Shown here: positions 57,863-64,000 of the stretch, in pieces
Position numbering within the stretch: the stretch's first letter is position 1
Layout: every line of letters starts with the position of its first letter
Source of the DNA: a virus
Reading direction: 5' to 3' (one strand)
IMG/VR virus record: IMGVR_UViG_3300006076_000001
Span: 1-64,000 of that record
DNA: 64,000 bases
Translations under genes and position numbers: made by a program
The notes under the pieces: generated by a model
What the model saw: only the letters and a program-made list of their open reading frames with translations
Database searches by the model: none
Told to the model about the DNA's origin: nothing

Positions 57863-58144
57863 TTATCTAAATGAAATTCCACTATATGATTCTCTTACTT
57901 TAATCCCGTTTTTCTTACCTTTTTTAATCTCTTCTACACAGCTACATTTTTTACCATTTTTCTTAAACCCGAAGTTATAAGCAAATACAGCTTCTCTTAC
58001 TCTTTCTGTGTTTCCTGATTTTAAAGCCTCACAAATACACTCACAAGTAACTCCCTTATACCCTTTAGATTTACAATAATGTGTGAATTTACCTTTATTT
58101 TTTGGGTCAATATGAATATTAGAATTAGCAATTAAATGAATCAT
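57863..58144 (-). CDS. Small basic Cys-rich protein
   Basis: IHIDPKNKGKFT.YCK..GY.GVT.ECI...AVFA.NF motif; MIHLIA N-terminus. Confidence 0.55.
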   Translation of the reverse strand: MIHLIANSNIHIDPKNKGKFTHYCKSKGYKGVTCECICEALKSGNTERVREAVFAYNFGFKKNGKKCSCVEEIKKGKKNGIKVRESYSGISFR

Positions 58145-58156
58145 TTTTATCTCCTT

Positions 58157-58972
58157 TTATTTTAAGATTTCTAACTGGTTTTTTCTTTCAAAACTTTTTA
58201 ATGCTGAAAATTTTGTTCTTGTATAAGCTCTTGCTGGTAAAGATAATTTAACTACCCCCTTAGATAAAATAGTTTGTGGAAAATGATACAAGAAACTATT
58301 CGTTACTCCTGCATATGCTGGAGGGTGGTCGTAAGATAAAAGAGAGTTTTCAATAAAAGTCATAGGATAAGAATCATAATCGTCTTCATCATACTCTGGT
58401 ATCTCTCTATTTTTATTCAATGGTGATGCGATATCAGCAATAACTGATTTATACCCATATGGAGTAATGTATTTATCTCCTAAATGAAATATAATATGAT
58501 GACATTCATCAGTATCAGAAACAGAAATATTACCACACAAACTACAAATAGTAGAAGTTGATAATACACCCATTGATGTTTTAACTTCTCCTGTTTCTTC
58601 TATTTGTTTAACAAAATCTACATCTGGACTAACCTCTTTATTTATAGCCATAAGCAACTCAACTATAAATCTATACTTACCATTTTCCTTAACTTTTCTT
58701 AAAGCCACATCAGCCACAAACCCATAAATAAAGTTCATATCTTGATTATGGTCTCTAAAAATAGGTGCACCAAAATATGTTTTTGCAAATTGAAGTAAGT
58801 CTTCATTTATAAAAGTATTACCATTGTCATTTACATACTTATCAAATCCCTCAGCGATGGTATGTCCGTCCTCCATTATTGGAACTGATGATAAAGCGGA
58901 ATTTTGTAAGAAAAACCATTTATCAGTTGGCAATAAAATGTCAATCTTATTTGGGTTTTTAACAAAAGCCAT
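58157..58972 (-). CDS. Putative prohead maturation protease
   Basis: NDNGNTF...L...KTY.GAPIFRDH, G.V.D, TSMG, CS.CG...CHH, FIENSLL..PA; downstream of terL. Confidence 0.7.
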   Translation of the reverse strand: MAFVKNPNKIDILLPTDKWFFLQNSALSSVPIMEDGHTIAEGFDKYVNDNGNTFINEDLLQFAKTYFGAPIFRDHNQDMNFIYGFVADVALRKVKENGKYRFIVELLMAINKEVSPDVDFVKQIEETGEVKTSMGVLSTSTICSLCGNISVSDTDECHHIIFHLGDKYITPYGYKSVIADIASPLNKNREIPEYDEDDYDSYPMTFIENSLLSYDHPPAYAGVTNSFLYHFPQTILSKGVVKLSLPARAYTRTKFSALKSFERKNQLEILK

Positions 58973-59066
58973 TATTTTCTCCTCCTTTTATATTTATTAG
59001 AATAAGGTGCTGACTTAGTATTTGGATACTTACTTCTATAAATTTTTGGTTTTTTTCTAGCCATTC

Positions 59067-60896
59067 TTATCTCCCTCTTTTTGTTATCTTATTTAACAAC
59101 CTCTTATTTTGTCTATATACTACTCTTGATTTCACATAATTCGTAGAAATCATTTGATTTTTAAAATCCTCAAAATACTTATGACCTAAATATAAAGCTT
59201 TAGTAGCCGCTGAAAATCTATCATCGTGTTTCCCGTTTGGAGCTTCTACTTTTAAAAAGCCCCCACTAACTTTTTTAACTTGTAAATCTATGATTTCTTC
59301 TGTAAAAGAAATAGTTTGAATGGTTTCTTCTTCTCCTTTCAATGTAACTCTTTCCTCTATTGCATATGGAGACCAAACCAATCTACCATTTAATAATTCT
59401 CTACTAAATAATTTAGCGACTTCATTATTGAATGCCACAGTAGGGTTGATAACCTCTAATTGTCTATGATAACCTCTATGATTAAAATACTTGACAAAAA
59501 ACTCTTTAGCCCAATTGTCTATACCTATTTTAACCACTCTAAAGTTTCTCAAAATGGATAATAACTCTTCCATTATTATATCAGGGTCTAATGGCTTACC
59601 TTTAATAGGAGTCCAAGAATGGATAAAATCATAAACAAAAGCTGGTTTAGAGTCATCTACCTCTAAATAAGGTAATAAAGTTTCATCTGGTAATTGTCTA
59701 TTATGAATAATATTATAATCAAAATGTCCTATAGCTAAAGCAAATCCGTCTGATGTTAAAGCTGGGTCTACTCCTACAAAGTAAGGGGTATTAGGACTAC
59801 CGATTGGTTGATTAGGCACTTGTAAATCCTCACATACTTTCACTTTATTAGGAATAGGTATGAAAGAAGAAGATGATGATGTAAATTCAGCAAGAAATTC
59901 TTGTTTATATTTAAACGGAGATTTTTTATACTCAGATTTCAAAAATAATGGTGATAAAGTTGGATTAGTCCAATGTGATGGGACATTAATCATAATAACA
60001 TTAGGATTATCAAAAGACTCTTTGTATAATTCGTATCCTTTACCTTTTTTACCATTAGGTGATGATGCTATAAGAATTAAACCTGCTGGTGTCCCATCTT
60101 CATATTTGAAACCAGAAACAGATGGAGTAGAAGCCGTATAAACTAATTCATCTAATGGCTCACTCTTTGTAGATTTATTACTATCTATAAAATGACAGAA
60201 CTCATCAAGAGCTACCACTATGTTGTTTCCTCCCCTAATAGATGGACTAGCGGCTGAAACTTTTACTTTCAATAAACCATATTTTTTAGTCCTGTCTTCT
60301 AATTGTTTCTTAACAAATAAATCAAACCCACTATTTGAATACTCTTTAGGATTAACTAGGTATGGCTTAAAAAAATCAGTAGAATAAACCATATTACCTA
60401 TTTCTTGTGCTTGTTTAGTAGCATTATCCTCTTTATTTGAAATAACCGAAACGGAAATCTCAGAATAAGGTATGACTTTAAAATATTCTTGTGGTGTAGG
60501 CTCTAACATTTCTAATTCATAAAGTTTATGAGAAGATAGAATAGACATCATTGTAGTTTTAGTACCTCTTCTACCTACAAAAAATCTAACTTCAAAAATC
60601 CTTGAATCTGGTTGTTTATCTACATTAATTCTACCCTCTTTATATAGAAATCTAAGAAAATCAAACTCAGAATCAAAAATGTGAATAACTTTTTCATTAA
60701 ATTCATCTTTTATAATAATAGGGTCTTCCAATTTATCAGATAACGGAATGTTATACATCATTTTAAATATAAATCTCTGAACTGGAAAAAGTTTAAGCCC
60801 CAAAAATTTAGGGGACTCTGCAAACTCTATAACATTTAGAAGTCTATTAGAGTCTTCATCAGCTAAGTTCTTTCTGACTAAATCGACTAAAGCCAT
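59067..60896 (-). CDS. terL: Terminase large subunit
   Basis: LFPVQ, Walker A GRRGTKT, Walker B VALDE, ASSPNG, QEFLAEF, RNase H-like GVDPA, HDD. Confidence 0.9.
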   Translation of the reverse strand: MALVDLVRKNLADEDSNRLLNVIEFAESPKFLGLKLFPVQRFIFKMMYNIPLSDKLEDPIIIKDEFNEKVIHIFDSEFDFLRFLYKEGRINVDKQPDSRIFEVRFFVGRRGTKTTMMSILSSHKLYELEMLEPTPQEYFKVIPYSEISVSVISNKEDNATKQAQEIGNMVYSTDFFKPYLVNPKEYSNSGFDLFVKKQLEDRTKKYGLLKVKVSAASPSIRGGNNIVVALDEFCHFIDSNKSTKSEPLDELVYTASTPSVSGFKYEDGTPAGLILIASSPNGKKGKGYELYKESFDNPNVIMINVPSHWTNPTLSPLFLKSEYKKSPFKYKQEFLAEFTSSSSSFIPIPNKVKVCEDLQVPNQPIGSPNTPYFVGVDPALTSDGFALAIGHFDYNIIHNRQLPDETLLPYLEVDDSKPAFVYDFIHSWTPIKGKPLDPDIIMEELLSILRNFRVVKIGIDNWAKEFFVKYFNHRGYHRQLEVINPTVAFNNEVAKLFSRELLNGRLVWSPYAIEERVTLKGEEETIQTISFTEEIIDLQVKKVSGGFLKVEAPNGKHDDRFSAATKALYLGHKYFEDFKNQMISTNYVKSRVVYRQNKRLLNKITKRGR

Positions 60897-60908
60897 TTTT
60901 TATCTACC

Positions 60909-61346
60909 TTATTGTTTATCTTTTGCTTTATCAATTACCTCTTTAGCAAATGGATTAACAATTTGGTCTATCATAGATAATTTAACACCTTTAAGTGTTT
61001 TATTAAGTTTTTCTTCAAATCCAACCAAATTAAATGTTAATTGATTAAGAACTTTTCTCTTTGTATTTTCATCTACACCTACTTCGTCCATTGAAAAAAT
61101 AAAAGTTTCTACTAAAAAATAAAAAGCTTTTTGAATTTTAGGGTTTGTAAAATCTACATCTCCTCCTCTTAATTCAAATTCTTTTTCTTTATATGCATTA
61201 GATGATTTAACTTGCAAAAGTTTAGATATAGAGTTAGTTACCGATACCAGCTCTTTAATTGTTAATTGCTCTTCTCCATTAATAAGCTTATCTAATTTTA
61301 CTACTAGGTCATCTATTTTTCTATTAATATCTTTAAACATTACCAC
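60909..61346 (-). CDS. Candidate terminase small subunit
   Basis: Helical, about 145 aa, directly upstream of terL. Confidence 0.4.
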   Translation of the reverse strand: MVMFKDINRKIDDLVVKLDKLINGEEQLTIKELVSVTNSISKLLQVKSSNAYKEKEFELRGGDVDFTNPKIQKAFYFLVETFIFSMDEVGVDENTKRKVLNQLTFNLVGFEEKLNKTLKGVKLSMIDQIVNPFAKEVIDKAKDKQ

Positions 61347-62215
61347 TCCTCACCAGATAAATCAGAATTTAACTCTAAAATTCTTTTAACTTTTCTGTAT
61401 TTATCTTCACTAACACATTTAGCCACTTTATCTATGTCTAAGTCTCCCTCTAAAATCATTTCTACTATTTCAAGTGGGGTAAATACTTCTAATTCCATTC
61501 CTTCACATTCACTTTTTTCTTTTAAGATTTCCATACCATTTACAATTTCATCAATGATGTTTCTGTTATATTTTAATGCAAAAAATTCTGACGCTACAGC
61601 ATCTATTGTAGTTTTTTTCAAATTAGTAATAATTGGTTTATTAGCCCAGATATATACTGTCCCTCTTCTTAAAATAGGTTTACCTAACCAATTTGATAGA
61701 ACTCCTCCTCCTGTTGCAAACATATTATATGGAATATAAATCAAACATACACCTACTGGAAATAGTCTTGAAAAGTCTGGTTTTACTAAATAGACTTTAG
61801 GTGTTCTAACCAATCCAGACCATAATCCGACCATTAAATTAAATGTATCTGGGTAACTTTCTCTATTTTCTCTAAGTAAATTCACTAAGTCCACCTCAAT
61901 CATTGCATTTTCAAGTAACATTTCTTGGATACCTAAAATCATTGCCTCTTCAGAATCTGCTTTAATAACTATGTCTGGATTATCCTCTACCACAGTATAA
62001 ATTGCATTTACCATTGAGGCATCATCGATTTCTTCAATCTCTGGCTCTTCTTCAATAGAAACCACACCATTATCAAATAATAAATCTCCCATTGCAAATG
62101 GAGATTCAGTAAAATCCATTTCTTCATCAACCATATTATCATCATATTGAATAATTTCGTCTGCCATTCTATCTAACCCAGTATTAGGGTCAAATAAATT
62201 AAAATTTTCGTTCAT
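61340..62215 (-). CDS. Hypothetical acidic protein
   Basis: ORF in the packaging operon. Confidence 0.5.
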   Translation of the reverse strand: MNENFNLFDPNTGLDRMADEIIQYDDNMVDEEMDFTESPFAMGDLLFDNGVVSIEEEPEIEEIDDASMVNAIYTVVEDNPDIVIKADSEEAMILGIQEMLLENAMIEVDLVNLLRENRESYPDTFNLMVGLWSGLVRTPKVYLVKPDFSRLFPVGVCLIYIPYNMFATGGGVLSNWLGKPILRRGTVYIWANKPIITNLKKTTIDAVASEFFALKYNRNIIDEIVNGMEILKEKSECEGMELEVFTPLEIVEMILEGDLDIDKVAKCVSEDKYRKVKRILELNSDLSGEEW

Positions 62216-62562
62216 TATCTTCCTCCCTTTCTAATAATAAGAAATGAGCCATCAGTAAGTTGTTCAATTTCCCATAGGTTTTCTTCTGCTTGTTGTTGTA
62301 ATTCACATTCTTCTCCAGTGCATTCCATTATTACTTTTTTAATAAAATCAGTACCAGCTATTCCCATCAATTTAGCTTTCAATTGTTTTTTAACTGGTTT
62401 TACTTTAAATGTGCCGTTCCCTCTATCTATTACTTTAAATCCAGCCCTAGCCAATTTAGCTGTATTTAAAACACTCCCTTTTGATAACCCACATTCATTA
62501 GAATTACAATTAGAAGTATTATCAAGGAAATCTAAATCTACATCATTTGTTAAAAATTCCAT
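62215..62562 (-). CDS. Hypothetical protein
   Basis: ORF with GGAGG RBS. Confidence 0.5.
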   Translation of the reverse strand: MEFLTNDVDLDFLDNTSNCNSNECGLSKGSVLNTAKLARAGFKVIDRGNGTFKVKPVKKQLKAKLMGIAGTDFIKKVIMECTGEECELQQQAEENLWEIEQLTDGSFLIIRKGGR

Positions 62563-63175
62563 TTTGCCTCCTTAAGCTACTAGCATATTTAAATAATTGT
62601 TTATTACAGATAAAAACCTTAGAAACTCCATTTAACACTGAAACTTCTAAAACTTTTTTAGTTGGGTTAATTATAAAATTACATTTATTTATGAATGTGA
62701 ATAGTCTTTCTTTGGTTATTTTTATTTTATTTTTAGTAGGAAATGTAACTGGATAAAAATTAATTATATATTTATCTTCATTAACCAAGTAGAGATTAGT
62801 AAAATGATGTTTGAAAAGAGGATTACCTAAAGTCGGCATAAAAACACTATTAATCCAATGAGGTAGTTCCTTTCTGGTAAATAAAAAGAACTCTCTTCCC
62901 TCTAAAAGGTTAGAAATCAACCATATGTTATTAACATAATCAATCCATTGTTTTTCTTCTCCGATATAAACTTTTTTTGCACCACACACTTTACATAAAT
63001 AATTTTCTTCGTCCCATATATGTTTGCAATTAAGTTGGTCTTTATTAAAAGCTATGATATCTGGAATCCTAAATTGATTAGACCATAAATCAATAAAAAT
63101 CCTACCAGACAAACCATTTTGATTGATTAATTTAACTGAATTGATAACTGATTTATCTATAATAATTTCACTCAT
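62543..63175 (-). CDS. Hypothetical protein with CxHxW..CxxCG zinc motif
   Basis: CKHIWDEENYLCKVCG. Confidence 0.5.
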   Translation of the reverse strand: MSEIIIDKSVINSVKLINQNGLSGRIFIDLWSNQFRIPDIIAFNKDQLNCKHIWDEENYLCKVCGAKKVYIGEEKQWIDYVNNIWLISNLLEGREFFLFTRKELPHWINSVFMPTLGNPLFKHHFTNLYLVNEDKYIINFYPVTFPTKNKIKITKERLFTFINKCNFIINPTKKVLEVSVLNGVSKVFICNKQLFKYASSLRRQNGIFNK

Positions 63176-63189
63176 TTTCTGACTCCTTT

Positions 63190-63876
63190 TTATTCAAAGA
63201 TAACTTTATCGTCAAAATTAAATCTACCCTCATACTCTTTAGTCTTAAATAAAAAGTTACCTGTAAGTTGTGTATTAACTGAAAATTCTAAATAGTCTCT
63301 AACCCTACATAGAAGTAATTTATCTTTAAGTGTAGCTTTTTGATACCTTTTAATAAACTCCTCATCTGACAAACTACATATATCTGTCATATGTTTAATT
63401 GCATTTCTCAAAACAGCTGAAATAGTTGTATATTTAACATTAAATAAAATCCTATTAGTCATAGAAAATAACCCGATAGAATAAAAAACTATTATAGGCT
63501 CTATTTCTTTATTTGGAAAAAATTTTTCTAATAACTCTCTAAGTTTGTCATTACTATGAATAGGTCTATTAAGTATGATTTTTATTTTATTTTTAGAACT
63601 CCTATATCTCTTAGACACACCAAATTGGCTTATATTAAGCAATTTAGCTATATTTGTTTGAGATAAACCGCAATAAACATTTAAATATAACACCATTGCA
63701 TTCACCCAAAATAATTTATCAATTATTTTCTCTGCTATATCAGGAAAGGTATCCATTAAAGCCGACTTAAAAGGGTCTTTTTCTTTCTTTTGATTATTAT
63801 TAGCTCTAACCGAAACATAATCCCAATAATTTTTATTCTCTTCATATTGAGCCATAGATTCTCCTTTGTTTAACAT
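63190..63876 (-). CDS. Sigma region-4-like HTH protein (likely start MAQY at 63855)
   Basis: VLYLNVYCGLSQTNIAKLLNISQFGVSKRY. Confidence 0.65.
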   Translation of the reverse strand: MLNKGESMAQYEENKNYWDYVSVRANNNQKKEKDPFKSALMDTFPDIAEKIIDKLFWVNAMVLYLNVYCGLSQTNIAKLLNISQFGVSKRYRSSKNKIKIILNRPIHSNDKLRELLEKFFPNKEIEPIIVFYSIGLFSMTNRILFNVKYTTISAVLRNAIKHMTDICSLSDEEFIKRYQKATLKDKLLLCRVRDYLEFSVNTQLTGNFLFKTKEYEGRFNFDDKVIFE

Positions 63877-64000
63877 TATAAATTAAATCAAAATAGTAAT
63901 AAAAGTTCTCAACCATCCATTTCCAACCCACTTTTTCTAATTTTGATAGTATCTCCTGAGGAGAAACTCTACCAGCTTCCGACTCAAAGTATGGTAATGA
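63842..64000 (-). CDS. C-terminal end of a gene entering from beyond the window
   Basis: Open frame SLPYFESEAGRVSPQEILSKLEKVGWKWMVENFYYYFDLIYNVKQRRIYGSI*. Confidence 0.5.
   Translation of the reverse strand, partial: SLPYFESEAGRVSPQEILSKLEKVGWKWMVENFYYYFDLIYNVKQRRIYGSI

Noticed and set aside
55129-60896. Inteins in NrdA or TerL
   Set aside because: Lengths are normal, motifs are contiguous, and no splice motifs were seen
107-62756. All plus-strand ORFs in the track and the short alternate-frame minus ORFs (e.g. 10956, 16893, 30060, 35407, 35626, 37805, 52677)
   Set aside because: They lie wholly or almost wholly within longer minus-strand genes with recognisable motifs, lack RBSs, and have shadow-ORF composition
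1-64000. Stop-codon reassignment as the cause of gene fragmentation
   Set aside because: Coding density is near-complete under the standard code, conserved genes are full length, and the fragments are kilobases apart and end in TAA or TGA

Overview
A 64 kb segment of a large, very AT-rich, contractile-tailed (myovirus-type) dsDNA phage. Essentially all real genes are on the minus strand and densely packed. Left part (1-22.3 kb): tailspike, baseplate, tape measure, tube, sheath and neck genes. Middle (22-51 kb): replication and nucleotide-metabolism genes interleaved with the capsid module (UvrD, DnaB-like helicase and degenerate loader, MCP/scaffold, NrdB, ThyX, SLT, resolvase, dUTPase, SSB, sigma-like HTH). 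Right part: portal, NrdA, prohead protease and terminase. The ThyX sequence hints at a Campylobacterota host (inference). Main finding: the family A DNA polymerase appears to be broken into FOUR separately translated genes over about 23 kb, in non-collinear order. These are exonuclease/thumb (43667-45385), motif B fingers (33819-34649), motif C (33157-33771) and motif A (22330-23148). I see no intein or intron signatures, which implies a polymerase active site assembled from three polypeptides. Other notable items: (i) five related free-standing endonucleases built from 16 zinc-binding repeats with a hypervariable four-residue patch, one fused in frame to NrdB; (ii) a split gp5-like spike; (iii) a CCC-TAG +1 frameshift candidate in the tail chaperone; (iv) several recurrent intergenic motifs; (v) apparent GATC avoidance. 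All protein calls come from motif recognition by eye, not from database searches.
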